DNA of 64,000 nt, taken from contig NC_087252.1 in assembly GCF_037042905.1 (NCBI RefSeq), forward strand, positions 1,428,001 to 1,492,000. The letters are read 5' to 3'. The notes beneath the pieces are model-generated. The model was not told the origin of the DNA. It worked only from the letters and a program-made list of their open reading frames with translations, and did not search any database. Source of the stretch: Lytechinus pictus. Its lineage: Eukaryota. Shown here piece by piece: positions 15,081 to 30,264 of the stretch. Within the stretch, counting starts at the first letter, position 1, and each line of letters begins with the position of its first letter. The position numbers and the translations under genes are program-made.

Positions 15081-15232
15081 ATGCAATCGTATTGATTTGT
15101 ACTGTATGTGACATTCTGGGGAGGTCAGATCAGCCTTTAATGTGCTAGAAATGTTTTTGGTCTCTCGAAGTACTAATTGTTTGTTTATGTACAGAAAATG
15201 AAAATATTGTTTTAAAAATTCATCTTGGACAC

Positions 15233-15742
15233 TATACAAATAGCAAATCGGCATGAGTGCGATGGTGCGAGATTTCGCATGAGGTGAAAGAAATATGCTC
15301 TATTCAACGAGGCGTTAGCCGAGTTGAATAGAGCATTTCTTTCTTTCACCGAATGCGAAATCTCGCACCATTGCACGAATACGAATATTCGCTATTTTTT
15401 GTTGTACAACGCCTCAGAATTTAGCGAAAATATGAAATAAAAATATTAAGTTTTCTCCCTACAGTAATCTATGAAAAGGGAGCCAAAATATTGAAAGCGA
15501 AAAGCAAAATCCCACAAGCACACATGACCTTGGGCAGCATTGCGCATTTAGCCAGCAGGCTATAAGCGTATTGCACCTTTATTTTTACTGAGCGCAATGA
15601 ATTAAATCGTATTGTGACGTCACCTCCTAAAACCATGCAATGGTACATTTCTTATGGTACGTCTTCTGTGCAACGGTACAAATGTTTGACATTCAGTCTC
15701 CCATTTGCTCGCATACAACAAGCTATAAAGTAGGCGTACAAT
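15233..15742. mobile_element. Crypton-like element, copy 2 (uninterrupted)
   Basis: Direct repeat of 13509-13868 plus 14922-15080. Confidence 0.6.
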
Positions 15743-17490
15743 TACTTTCATCAGTTGAACATAATTAAACAATGTGACAAGATAGTACCGGGAATGAGTT
15801 ATAATGCTGTGGATCTTAAATCAAGCATACAATTTTTTTTTCAGGGCAACTTTTCACAACTTACCTACTGCCTAAATGGGTTTTTTCCATGTCTCTTATT
15901 GGGGGTATAATGCTCAGGGGATCCTCCCCCCCCAAAAAAAAAATAATAATAATAAATAAAAAATAAAATAAAATTGGTTATAATAGTTATAATGCTGTGG
16001 ATTAATCAAGCAAACATTTTTTTCCCCAATTTTTTCAGGACTACTTTTCACAACTTACTGCCTAAATGGGGATGGGGGGAATCCCCTGAGTCCCCGCATA
16101 ATTTTTATCCTGCTAAAATGTAATTCCGAATCTAAGGAGACCAAAATATACATTATTTAATGTTTTATGGGCTAAATTAACTTTGTAAAACAAGACAAGA
16201 AAAACTGTACATTACATAATGTAGTTCTAATTCAGTAGCTTGATTCTAAATTTGTTCATCATGTGTTTGCCGAAGTTCTATTTGTAACAGATTTTCCAAA
16301 AATAATCAATGTCTGTTTATTTTGCCAGCCAAAAGATTACCTAACTGTCATCATCTGATATCAATGTACATGCATGGATGTACACGTGATATTGTTGTCA
16401 TCGCATGGTTTCTATATCTACATCAAGAACAGGGGCCCGATTCATAAAGAGTTTTACAACAGTTGTAACTTTGCCATTTGGCAACTACCATGGCAACCTT
16501 GATTTTGATTGGCTGCTGAGCCCTGTTGCCATGGTAGTTGCCATAATGGCAAAGTTACAACAGTTTAACTCTTTATTAAACGGACCCCAGATGATGAACA
16601 AAAGAGTTATTAAAAAAGACATATTAAAAAAAGAAATAGATTCATTTTTAAATTGAAACACATCATCTCTAAGAGATCAGATGCATTACATGTACGTACT
16701 CTTTGTGAAATGTAGGTTCAAAAGTCTAAGGAAAACTAAATATCATTACAAAATTACAACTAAACTTGTTGTGTCCTTCTATTGTACATTTCTCTCTTAC
16801 AAGAAAGCGTAAAATCCAAGTCATGTCTACATACATGAATGGTAAAGTTAAATACAGAACAAGTAATTATCATGATATCCTTTTACATCTGTATTTTCTG
16901 TGATTTTGTTTTTAATAGCTTGGGGGGAAAAGAATACAATCTGTAATATCATTATCCAAGAAATGTGGAGTTCATACGAGACTATGAGAATTAACTTTGA
17001 GAAAATGTTTATATAGCAGCAGCAAACTAGACTTTATTAGTCAGAAAAAAAGAAATATATTCAAGGATTTGTGAGTGCTAAGCTTTTTTATATCTCAGAT
17101 TTTTCTCTTTTTCAAAATTTAAGACTTACTGATGTGTGGAATCATAAGAATATATCAAAGAAAAAATATTCTGTTCCAGATTTGTCCTCAGCATATTTTG
17201 TTTGCATTTTATTCATTCCTTTTTACATGTCTATTAGTGATGCATAATATGATACTACTTCATTAAACTGCAATAGCAATTAGTCTCATTGACTCATGGC
17301 TGTGATTTAGCTTTAGCAAACTTTCATGTGAACATGTCTTATGTTTCGCAAGCACTGAACTTTGATCAGGGGACAGAAAACCTTGGTATCACTCACTGCT
17401 TTTTGGTATAATAGAGATAACCTAGATGTAGATCTGGTACATGAAGATATTTGCAGGAGATATTAAAGGTAATCCATGATTGTTCTTGCT

Positions 17491-17647
17491 TGGACAGAAT
17501 ATGGACCTACTAGGTCCATGGACAGATTATGGACCTACTACGTGTAGGTCCGTGAACAGAATATGGACCTACTAGGTCTATGGACAGAATATGGACCTAC
17601 TAGGTCCATAGACAGAATATGGACCTACTAGGTCCATGGACAGAATA
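17491..17647. repeat. 28-bp minisatellite, ~5.5 units
   Basis: Unit TGGACAGAATATGGACCTACTAGGTCCA with internal palindrome ATGGACCTA-C-TAGGTCCAT. Confidence 0.9.
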
Positions 17648-18074
17648 AGAACTACACAGCAAGCAAAGACTGTGGCATTAATAATTGGGTTTATAAATAA
17701 AAAAATTTGTTTTATTTTCAAACTGGAACAGCCCTCATGCAGATATAGGGCTATGGTTCAGATGAAGAATCTACATGTACTTGTTGCAACTGTGTGAGGA
17801 GTCGAACCAGATGATGCTAACACCTGCTGGTCTGCCCCCTCCAATCACAGCCATGCACTACCTAAGATCTGCAGACCGTTTCATCAACATTATTGTCCGA
17901 CAAGTTGTTAGATCTGACATCTTTCCTTGATTCTGATTGGCTGAGAAGCACTGTAACTATGGTTACTCTCTGATAAAATGAGAGTTGTCAGATTAAATGT
18001 CCGACATGTCCTTATATGAAACGGCTCCCCTGGAGTCTGTACCCCTCAAAGCCATATCATGATGGGTACACAGT

Positions 18075-18477
18075 AGGCGGTGCTGCACCAGCCCGAGTTT
18101 ACTCAATCTCAAGGTTTTAGCATGATCGGCCCTCTTCGCGATTAATCTCGACATTCAAGAAACCTCGTCTCCACCATCGCAAGAAGAGCGATTCCTGCTC
18201 GAGCAAGGCATCGGATGCATTATGGTCTGATGCAGTGAATAAATAATCCTGAGTGCGTCTGCACCTGCGAATTAGCGGGATAATTCGTAAAATAGCGCGC
18301 TATTTGTAAAATAATCCCAAGTTGACTTGGGATTGCAATCTCGAGATCAATCAAGCGAACTAGCGCGATGATTGCATCTCCATTACAAATTATCTCAAGA
18401 TCGTTCAGATCGGGATAATTTGCCGGATCAGAAATAGCACGCTAATTTGGAAAACTCAGGCTGGTGCAGACGGCCCT
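18075..18477. mobile_element. Harbinger-like MITE
   Basis: Imperfect TIR CTGCACCAGCCYGAGTTT at both ends. Confidence 0.6.
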
Positions 18478-19856
18478 CTAGAGCCTGGCAATGGACAAAA
18501 TGGTTGAAAATGAACTATAATTTTAATATAGACCATGTGGTATGAGACCAAATGGAAAGTACTGTAGAAAGAGCAGGTGTAGACCAAATGGCAATGAACC
18601 AGTCACATGATTAGAGTAATGAGGACATACCTGACATGTGACATAATGTACAATCAAACTAATAGCAAGAATGGCCTGGAGATATAAAAGCAGCCATCTC
18701 CACATGTCCCTGTTTTCATGTAATCCCATTTTCAGTATTTTTTTCAGACATCATTCCTATTTCCTAAAATCTTAAACATTCACAAAATCAAGACCAAATA
18801 GAGCCAAACTTTTCTATGGCAATATCATCACCAGAAATACAGTGAAAGATGATTTTGATTGGGCTTTTCAGTTTGTGTTTTCTCTCTAGATCGACATATT
18901 TGCACGATAATAACAACCATTGACTTTATAACCCTTTTCTTGAAAAACAATGTTTAAAGAACTGTATAACACTTTTTGAATTTTTTTCCACATGTAAAAT
19001 GTATGTGCTGATTGAAGTCAAGTTTCGAAAGCACCCAGACATAATTTACAGAAGTGAAATCACATTTGTATAGGGGAAAATCCCAAGGTCATATTACATG
19101 TTTTATGAAAGAAACTCCATAGAAACCAAGAACATATGTGTAAAAGATACATTGTATCTATAATTTTGTTTATTACATAAAGTGTACTGAAGTACATGTA
19201 GCCATAAGACATAAAATCTGCCATTACATGCACCTAAATATAGTAGCATGGGCAGGAATATCATATCTAAATTGAATACTGGTACTTGATTTTGTTTAAT
19301 AATTTCATGTTGTTCTTTGTTTCACTTTTATTGCATCAGCATTGCGATATGTTTTTATGTATTAAAACTTTAGAAAAAATGATATGTATAAGAATACAGT
19401 ACAATAATAACCATTTTTGCATACAGGAAATACTTAGAAATTGACTGTGAGCACAGTTACCCTACTCACAAGATATGCACTTTTTCTGCTCCCTGGGGAC
19501 CATTCCAGCAAGAGCTACACAGCTCAAAATAGCTACAATAATTACAAACCTCTCTTTTAAAAGCTGATGTTTCTCTGAATTTTCAAAAGTGGGGTTATGT
19601 ATTTGATCATGCCTGCAAAACAACACACTAAAGGCAGTTACCAAGGGAAAAGGGCATAGTTTACAAGATTACTGCCCCTTGCCCCCTGACCCATCTCATA
19701 ACAACGGGCATACAATGTAGTTAAATCTGGCTGAGATCACCATTTGATTGCATGCAAAATGTTGCTTTCTACGGTGATTGCGGATACCATAATATCAGCA
19801 TGATTTAATCGAAAATTTGAGACAACTCACTCATTCACATGCTAATGAAAATCCAT

Positions 19857-20106
19857 ATTTTTTTATTGTTCGAAATAGACATGAAATGAAATACTCCGAA
19901 AATTTGCTTTGCCCAATTGATCATGGGCCCGGCAGCCACTGTGCAGCGCCAGATCGACGAGGCTCTATCCATTTAATTGTTGAACGCCAAACAGGGTAGC
20001 AGCAACTCTCATCTTTTAACGTCTGTTTGTCTGACACGTCGGGGTTTGAACCCCCGACCTCCCGGTTGCGAGACGGACGCTCTACCAACTGAGCCAACAC
20101 ACCGGT
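19857..20106 (-). mobile_element. tRNA-derived SINE (third family, tRNA-Ala-like head)
   Basis: TGGCTCAGTTGGTAGAGCG A-box, CTCGCAA loop, GGTTCAAACC B-box, unrelated body and A-rich tail; acceptor stem not intact. Confidence 0.75.
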
Positions 20107-23100
20107 CACATGTGCACATGCGCGCGTAACGAATATGACATATCGATAAAACGATCGTTTTTTACTTCTGGTTTTGCTATCCCCTAAATTTTACTGAGTA
20201 TGAAATAAACACATTATTGGAAAAAATCTTGAGGAAACTTGATGGACATTGCTAGATTTATCATCAAGCCTTGTTAAAGTTGTTCAAGCTACATCTAACA
20301 ACGTTAGGACCAACATCACATGTAGAGCTAGACCTAACGAGGCCTAACTTATTAGATCTAAATAGCTGTTATGTTGATCTTACTATTAATCCAGTTCATA
20401 AAGATATGACTGTTTGGATATATTTGAGACATGGTTGTTTCTTTCGGCTTGCGGGTACCGCACTGGCAAGTCCATGCCCTCGGGCATAGTCGCGTTCGCG
20501 GTCCCCTTGAGCCACTATCAAAAACAACCATGCCTCTCATATTAGTCCTAATGCATGTATCTATATTAACTCACATCGGCTGCCTCTTTGTCTTTTACAA
20601 ACAGTCTTATATCGTTTGCTGGAGTCCTATATCTAGTGTATCTACTCTAGATATGAACATACCAGGAGAAGCAGAAAACTTGTTCACAAAAACAAATTTG
20701 CAATAACAGTTTAAAGCTACTGAAATCATTCAATTTGATTGGCTGATGGTAAACTTGAATATATAAATTGTGCATTTGTTATCATAACAAGCCTTTATGA
20801 AACAGGGCCCACGGTTCTCAGAGATGTAATGGATCTGAATTCCTATTTCTTCACATCAGGGGCCAGTCTTGCAACTATTGTAACATTTCCATTATAGGTT
20901 ACCATGGTAATTGTCACAATGGTGAAGATACAACGGTTGTAACTCTTTATGAAACAGGCCCCAGGAAATATATGAATGCACTGCCTTGCCAAGAGGATGA
21001 AGCATAGTTCGAGTACAGTAGCATAAAATCAGAGTGATAATACACTCGGAACTGACATTTGACAAGGTTTTGATGTTTTTCCATGCCGGCAAATGATAAA
21101 ATCAATATCTTTGTGAGCCACCGTGACTGCTATGACCAATCGTTTCAGAAACTAAAATAAATCGCATGTATTCTTATGGTGTGAACCAGCATCGTCAAAT
21201 TAAGTAGGGCATTGACCCCGAGTATAGAAATATGAACCATTGACTTCAGATTACATAATAGAATAGAATGTCTGGAGATACATGTAAATGTTGAGTATTG
21301 AGGGAATAAAGTTTTGAACATGCATTAATTAAAATGTATGAACAGAACAAAGAGCTGGCGGCCCCCCCCCCCCCTCCTCCTCCAGGATGTGCGACAGGTA
21401 AAATGTACATGCATTGGAAAGCAATTGGTTGTATAAGTATTATACCCAATATATTAGAACTTTAAAACCAAAAACAAGTTAATTTGTATTCAAATAGAGT
21501 CTAGGCAATTCCAAAAGAAGGAAATGACTGTATGTTTCATGAATGCTAATTATATGTTCCATAGACACACAAGAAATATGAGAACAGCTTCCGGAGTTAC
21601 ATGCAGCTTTATGATGCATTCACAATCAAGCTCAGAGCATTTGGTTTCCCAAAAAGGATTTAACACTATTTAAACACAAGTTTTAACACATACATGTAAC
21701 TGTAAGTATACAAAAATGGCCACTAAAGTGTTTAATACAAAGAAAAATGTAAGTAATTTTTATTTAAGCAAAATAATCTATAAACACTGCATTCTTTTTC
21801 AGAAGGAAATTAATAGAGTAAATACAAAGTTGAAATCCTGTAAAAGACCTGATTGCTGTTATCTGCCTACATGTACATGTATATACAGGGTATCAACCCC
21901 CCTCCCCCCAAAAAAAAAAATTAATAAATAAATGAATATATATATATATATAAAAATAAATAAAAAAAAGGCTCAAGTAACAGATAAATTGTAAGTGTTC
22001 TTGTGTTTTCTGTCTTGGAATATACTTTTAAATACTGTACATGTATATTTGTATATTGTTTATGTTGTTGTCAATATGGAACATGAGGATCAAATCAAAT
22101 CAAACTTGTTCATTGTCACTTATACTCAAAGACTCCTGAGTGCATAATAGAAACAGACAAAGAAATCAAACCTTGTTGAAAACAACCCGTCGTTGTCTAG
22201 AGGCAGACTTCAGAAGGGTCTTGACAGATGTCATAAGATGAAACCCTACCTGATTGACATTATGTACCAATGAGTATGTCAAAACACCTCAAGCTAAAGA
22301 GACAAATTGTAAAGTGATCGCATCTCACGGACTGGATAAATGAAATTGATTGCATGTACATACATACATATGTACAAAGCTAAAAGATAAAGGTTAGGTC
22401 TGGCTATGAGATTTGTTCTCTCAAAGGGATATTGAGGGTTGTCAATAATCCTTGAAATCTGAGCAAATTAGGATCCTGATATGAAAAATTAGTATTTTGC
22501 CATCAAACTTCATACTTCCCGATTGACCCTACTTTTCTACTACAACTAAACAATAATTTTCAAATTTCCAATTCACTGTCAGATATAAATGAGAGAATGT
22601 GGCAAAACTCATAATGGGTACTGCTTTAATCAGTGTGCCAAGTTCAAGTACTTATTAACACTTTAACGTGCCACAAACACATTTTCGTGCAACTGTATGT
22701 ATTATCTATGCAATTGTAATAATTCATTATCTCTTTAATGACAGTACAAGTTTTGCATAACGACAATGCTTCTTTAATATGTTGTGTATTTGTTTTAATT
22801 TCCAGTCTAGTATTACACCAAGCAAGGCTTCTCCATATTTTACTAAACTTCAAAATGAAAATCAACTATTTTTCTAAAGAAATTTAGTACATGTATGTTT
22901 ATAAGAGTTAATCATTTCATTCTTGGTCTAACAAGTTCAAACACATACATTGTACATGTAAACTGTAAACTAGTCTAATGTATTTGACACTTACATGTAA
23001 ACCATTTACCAAACAGGTCTAGAGTAAAAACTAGATGCCAAAGGCTATGTCTGTGTCAAAGCCAGTCACAGTATACATAGTAAATCTAGTCTCATTTCTT

Positions 23101-25824
23101 CAGATTCTGCATGCACTATCCGAAAGAGGACCCGGCATACAATACAAGTCCCACAATGCTTCTGATTGGTTGAAATTCAAGCTACAACTGATAGCAATTA
23201 TTTGTGCAACAGGTCCAAGAAATGGATGTGATAATGTATGAATGTACATTGCACTGATTGTAGTAGTGCAAAGTACATAAAATTACATTGATGTGCTAGT
23301 CTTTTTCATCAGTTCACTATTCTGTTCAAAATACATGCATTGTATCAAATTGACAACAGATGAAAAGCAAGATATTATTTTGATTATCAATGGTGATGAA
23401 CTGGTACATGTATTATGAATTCCTGCCTGAGGTATGAGTGTATTACTTCAGTAATAATACAGAATACCACTTTACAAAGTGCACCGCGGCGCATTTCAGG
23501 CACAAACAGGCAAGATCCTCACATCATTTCTGATTGTCAAACCAAGTGAAGCCTTATAGCTTGACTTTTTCTCAAATCATGTATTTTCATGGTTCGCCAA
23601 AGTCATTTAGAAAAAGCCGGAGAAGCCCTCTAAAATGCACTTTGAGAAGGTTCTGACGTATTTGTGCGTCGCTGTAGATCTCCGACGTCAGGAGTGACCA
23701 CAGATAGGAAAGAACTGCTTGCATACATTGCACATGTATTGAGCTGGGAGGGAAACAGGGACTCTGACGTACGCAGTGAGAACAAATTTGAGGTCTCCTT
23801 TCAGAGATGGTAATGATGTCGGAAATGAAATCCATGAAATATATCACCAAACCGACAGTATGTAATCATCCATTTACAAGTGAGATGTACATACAATGCA
23901 GGCTTGCCCTCCATATAATGTATAATAGGTGAGCTGCACAGCACGTTCAAAAACACATCAGCAGTGTACAAGTTCTATGATCGATGTAGAAACACCTCCA
24001 AACCTCTCCCCCCTCCCTGCCCCCCCCACACCGAACCACACACACACACCACTATGGGCTACATGTAAATGTACTGTACATTACATTAAAAAAAACACAT
24101 GTATGAACAAATACATGTAGATAATCAGCATATTTCAAGCAAATGTCATTCAGCCAACATATTATAATAGACATTCCTATCAGATTTGGGTGTACTGTCG
24201 TGTTATTTCAATGAGTTATTGCAACATGCATAGGCTATAATAAATGTAACATGTGTACGGCAAGTCTCTGTACAGATGTCCATTTATAATTATATGCAAT
24301 CTTTTTTATGATGGTGTTTTATAGTACAAATTAATCAATGAATAATCATGTATTTGTACAGGTATGTTTTCAGTTCAAGTAGAGTGTACATTTCATAAAT
24401 ATGCTCATCGCGTTCCCACCTTTCTATTAAATCATAATTGTTAATGCAATAGACTGAACATCATACAGGTATGTTTTCAATTCATGCAGTGTTCATATTG
24501 ACTTTAAACATCTTCTACATGTACATGTATCTAGCATTCCTACCTGTCTTTAAAAGCTGGGGCCCATTTCATTGAAAGAGTTACAGTACAACTGTTGTAA
24601 CTTTGCCATTATGACAACTACCATGGCAACAGGGCTCAGCAGCCAATCAAAATCAAGGTTACCATGGTAGTTGCCATAATGGCAAAGTTACAACAGTTGC
24701 AACTCTTTATGAAACGGGGCCCCAGATCGGCAATCACATACATGTACATGTACACACTTGCCCTACAACATGTTTCATAGGGATACCCTATCAGAAAGAA
24801 ACCTTGTCTCAAATACTCTTGCAATAATTCATGCAACATTGACACATGTGAATAAAACATAGTCTAGAAAGTCACTCAACGTGTGACCTGTAATAGGGTT
24901 TAAAGACCGTTAACCAAAAATTGATGGTGGGAAATGTCAATTGGTAATCTACAATATAGTATGAGTCATAGACCGACCAAGGTCAATGGCACACACATGT
25001 ACCCTGATTCCTACATATCATTCACACGAGTGCTATAAGGGCTTAAATCCAGTTTTTAAAAAAAATAGTGTCTTCCTAATAATACAGTATTAATACACAG
25101 GCCTTGTATGATACATCTCTATGCGCTCTGAAAGGTAGAAAGACTAGTGCTACAAAGTACAAATAGAGAATCATAGAGAGTTTTGGAAACCACAACGCTG
25201 ACACTTTCTGAAATGTAGAGAATCCATTGTCAGAAGCCCTTCGTGTCAAAGCAGTCATTGTCGAAAATTGGTGAATCAAAACATCATTTTCGTCCATGAC
25301 TCTGGTCCTTATAAACGATATATTTGCAATTTTTCGTCAGCTCAGAATCTCAGGAAGAGCTGCTGACCCCATTTGCCAATTTTCGACAAAGGCCTCTCGG
25401 CTGTTCATTGTGATTTGACAGGCATTTGCAATGCATTTTACTATGTTCTAGAAAACGTCCTTGATGCATTTGAAAAAAAAAAACTTGCTGTCATCCTAGG
25501 CAGAAAGAATGGTGTTAGAAGAGTTTTACAATCCAGTTTGAGTTTTCATACCATGCCACACATTTGTATTCGTTTATGTTTTACATGTAGGATTGTTATC
25601 AATGTGATTGTATAGTGCTACATGTACACACGTAGGGCCAACATAAACATGTCTGCTTCTGAGCAACAGCTATTTATCATTCTCTAATGAGCTGAGCAAC
25701 ATGGATGTGATATCAATAGGCCTGCATTATTTAGTTTTTGTTTGCCCATACTGCCAAGTAAAACACATTTATAATTGTAGCTATTATGAATAATAATGAT
25801 AACAGCAGCTTTTATAACATATAG

Positions 25825-25981
25825 AAGCAGTAGTAGTATGGTAGTAGTAGTTGTAGTAATTGTTCTCATAGTTGTAGTACTAGTAGCATTAGTAGTAGTA
25901 GTAGTGCTCAGTAGTAGTGGCAGCGGCGGCAGCAGCAGCAGCAGTAGTAGTAGTATTATAGTACATAGTAGTAGTAGTAGC

Positions 25982-26054
<73 letters not shown>

Positions 26055-26135
26055 CATGTACTACTAGTAGTAGCTAGTTCTACCACTACTTCTACTTCTA
26101 CTGATGATGATGATAATGATGATAATTATAATAAC
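25825..26135. repeat. Compound trinucleotide microsatellite (AGT)n/(GGC)n/(AGC)n/(GAT)n
   Basis: Direct inspection. Confidence 0.95.
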
Positions 26136-29100
26136 AAATATGAAAGAATAAAATAACTATTAATATCAACAATAATCATAAATCTAACATTCCCAAAGGT
26201 GTAATAAACAGAGAGGTGTCCTTTTGTGGCCACCAGACCTGGCTCTGAATTCATCAGAGCTGGGAAACAATCTACCAGTCTAATTTGGATTATTAATGTC
26301 GGGATTAATTAGGGTCAACATGGGGCGCACAGCAGCGCACCTGTGAAGAAAGAAGGGACTGTGGACCGGTGGGGGGTGGTGATTACGCCCCCCTAAATTG
26401 GAATCGTGCTGGTATGTCACAGTCTACAGAATGCATAACAGAATTTATGCAGTCTGCACTGTATGGGTAGAGAAGAAACATTGTATCACACATTGACACA
26501 CTACAATATAAATATTGAACATTGAAATTAATTGAAGCAATAATAGATAAAAAGACTTAAATTAAAATCATTTGAGACTTGAAAATAATTCAAGAGGATT
26601 CAATATAAATCCATTGTTAGTCTCTATCGGGAAGAGTGCCTCATGTAGAATGTGGATGAACATGTACATGTACATCGTGCTGTTTTTAATGGACTGATCA
26701 AACATCCAAATGAAAATATCTAGTGAAACAAGACCAAAAAAAAAACATATTCCAATACTCTGGCATGGATGACAGCATTCCACTCTTAAAGGTGATTTGT
26801 GTAACTTTCATGAAACTGTTCCCCAGGGAATAACACTTTAATCAATTGAATTGTCAAGCTTTCTGTGACGCAGTACGGCCGACCAACCGAACGAGCAGCC
26901 GACGGTGAATGCCAGAGGAAAGAATTTGCGTCATTTTGGCCATCCCCACTCTGAGAGTTTACTGGCCTCATGTTTGCTCTCTGCATATTGGAAGAGGAAT
27001 AATGTCAAAAATGAAATCAAACTTGAATCTTCCTACTTTCTTCATGCGTCATTTTTTAAGAAATGCCTACTGAAATGGCTTTTCTAGCTTGTAGTCTAAA
27101 CCACACAAGAACAGGGAATAATTTTCCTGTATCACATCACAATCTACTGCACAAAAGGACTTTGGTGTATCACACAATGTATGACTGTAAAGAACAGTTG
27201 GAGAGCTTTTCTCTTATGACCAAAAATGCTGATCAACTTTTGGTATAATTAACACAATTATTCCCTGCTATGACTCTCCATTCTAATTGTCTCCTTTTCA
27301 GCATGCCCCCCCCCCTCACTCTTTCTCTTTTTATCTCTTCCTCTTTCTTTCTGTCACTCACTCTACCTTGAGAGAGTCTGGTGTAATCTTTATCAGCTAA
27401 ACAGTTTCTTTATGAAGGTAGAATTCGCAAAATGTGATATGCACAGAAAGAAAACATGTAAATGTAACCTACACAAGTTCCTTAAGGAATAAATTACAAT
27501 TTACGATCTGAAAGTCATGAAAGGGGCTCATTTGAAATTCTGCTTGTTACATGTACATGTATACTTCACAAGACAGGCTGTCCATGAGAACGATGCAGAA
27601 TTAAGGTTAGTTTACAAGTACAGACATTACACACCACTTTGTTAAAATTTCGAGCTAAGTTTATTTATTTTGACTCTGCAAATGAATTCTGCCATAGAGA
27701 ATCAGTCCTACCCAAGTTCAATAAGGATTGTTTAAATATATATGCAAAATGGTTCTGCCCCTCCCCCTTCATCAACTCTTCGTCTAATCTGGGGGCTATT
27801 GGATTGCGATCAAACACACACATACAAAAATCAAACGCAACTTCACTTTCAACCAATGAAATATCTGTATTAAGGAATTGCGCTTGATTTTTAGAGTTGC
27901 GTTTAAACACAACTACGGTATTTCTACAACGGCCCGGCACAAGAACCTTCCAGTGGCACTGTGCAGAATCTATACAGAGTGGTATTAACATACAGTGAAG
28001 ATGATTCAGCATCTCGAAATACAGAAATACTTGAGGACAGGGGTCTGAGCTGCTCAGCTTGTAGACTAGCGGAAGTCTGTACACGAGGGAGAAAGGCTCC
28101 CAAAGTGACTGTTGTGAATTAGAGCGTCAGCATAACAATGTGCCATCAACGTCATCGTGCGAAAGATGACACCGATCCTTTGCCAGAGACCGGGGCAAAA
28201 CGCAATCTTCCATAATCACGGCAAGATTGAGAGAAGGTGGTGATTGGTCCGTAAAGTGGCGATCGGCAAGAATCCGTGTGTCCTCTATATCTTGTACATG
28301 TACCTCTCACCGTCTCCATTATAATCTCATACTCGGAAAACATAATTTGTATTGATGTACCTTCTCCGAATACATGTACACAAATCAAGCTTCGGATAGA
28401 GATGTAGAGATGAATAGATGCATTTTGGTTGCCAAAGCAACGGATCCTACAAGTTTGTGGAATCTTATTATGATTTAAAATGTGTTTTGTAGCTAGATAT
28501 GCAAAATGATGAATTTCCTTTAAAAAACTTCAAAGAACCGTTACATCTCTATAACAATTTACAAGCTGCAATTGAAGGGGGTATATTTCCCTCCAGATAC
28601 ATGTACTAATTCCCCATTTGATTTCATTCCAATTAAATACCTTTTATGACGTCATAGCCCTAAAATCCTGCTATTTATTTTTCTTTCAATTTTACAAGAA
28701 TGCACTATTAATACTCAATTTATGAGATCAAACAGTTTTGCATTTCCTGTCATTTCTTTTACATTTTACTGTCTTTAATTTAATAGGATCCAAGATGCAT
28801 TATATACATACATGTAGGCAATCCAGAGTTTATTTTCAGGGATCATTTTACTCATCACACAGATTGAAATCAAGTATGCTTTTCTTGAATTTATTTTTCT
28901 AGGATGGGGGGGGGGGTTCAAACTACCAATTACATGTACAATATGTAGGACAATCTTGAAATAATTTGTACAAAATGTACCTGACCTGTATGCAATACTA
29001 TAGAGAATGCAGGTACATGTACATAATATACACTATGTTGGCACTACTGTAAATTCCTCATATTTCCCATCACCTTCATATACTGGCATAGAAAATAAAT

Positions 29101-30264
29101 TTGAACGATATTTTATTATAAAGAAAACAACATCTAAAAGTAAATTGACAGGCAAAAAATATGACAGAAAGTCAACAGGTATCAGAGCATGCTATGATTT
29201 CTGATGAACAAGATACAGCACATACATGTACTGTAGTCTTTAAAATCAGAGAAAATATTCTTGTTGGTGAGGAGCTAATCCGTGCAATAGGCACAAAAGG
29301 CTGATCTTAAAGACTGTATGTTACATTGTACATGTCAGTGCACCCAATAACACAGGCTGATGAAAATGGGGTTCAGAAACTCACTTTAGGCTCTGCTCAA
29401 GGTTTTATTAATTTAATATGAATTCAAGTATCAAACAAGAGTCTGCGCCAGCAACCTAGGCATAAAGAGACATTGAGCGCTTCCTCTATATTCTTTTGTA
29501 TTGATAGAAGAGCCAGCAGTACGCCTCCAATGTGACCCGTCTTTCTTTGAAATCGTTAGCTGCAGCAAACCCTAATGGGAATATAATTTCCAAGGCCTGG
29601 GAGCTTTGATGTAATAAATCGCACAGGGGACGGGGGAACGTGGTTTCAATTCACGTTGTGACACTACGCACTACTTGCCAGTGTGGTTTGTGTCTTTGAG
29701 ATTAACTTCCATCCGATTGAGGACTATGGATCATAATTATTGATGTTCTTCTCTGTACACCGCACCCCCCCCCTCCGCCTTACTCACCCCTCCCTCTCTC
29801 TGTCTCTTTTCTCTCTGTCTCTCTTTCCCATCTTTCTATCTATCTACATATCTCTCTCTCCTTTTTGCCCCTATTAATCCATCTTTCTATCTATCCCTCT
29901 CTCTCTCTCTCTCTTTATGAGCCATCCCCAGTCATTACACCTTCAGCCCTTGGTAACACCTCTACCTCTCCTATCGTCCAACCATCAGATACTGCGTGAG
30001 AGAGACACGCACTCACAGAAAAACATACCCAATACCCCAAGCTCCATCATACATACGCGCATCCACCCTTAGGCTTACTAGAGGGACCTAAACGCTCACG
30101 AATCACAATCAATACCACTTGCTGGGGTCCGTTTCCACTGCAAGAGTCTGCAATGTCAACCGTTAAAAGTGGCGTATCTGGGAAAAGCAAGGGGGCCATG
30201 TGCCCAGGCATCATTTTCATGAAGCAAAAAAAAAAATGATATTATTGATGTTCAATAAAGAAAA

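Noticed and set aside
13600..15114. ORFs of 141 and 159 aa as possible transposase or recombinase
   Set aside because: No DDE or tyrosine-recombinase motifs; they cross element boundaries and simple repeats
20035..20106. Possible tRNA-Ala gene (also tRNA-like heads near 2310-2360, 8095-8166, 55710-55785)
   Set aside because: Acceptor stems do not pair and each continues into a SINE body and tail
25796..26086. Poly-V/S/G and poly-A/T ORFs
   Set aside because: Trinucleotide microsatellite without supporting splice context
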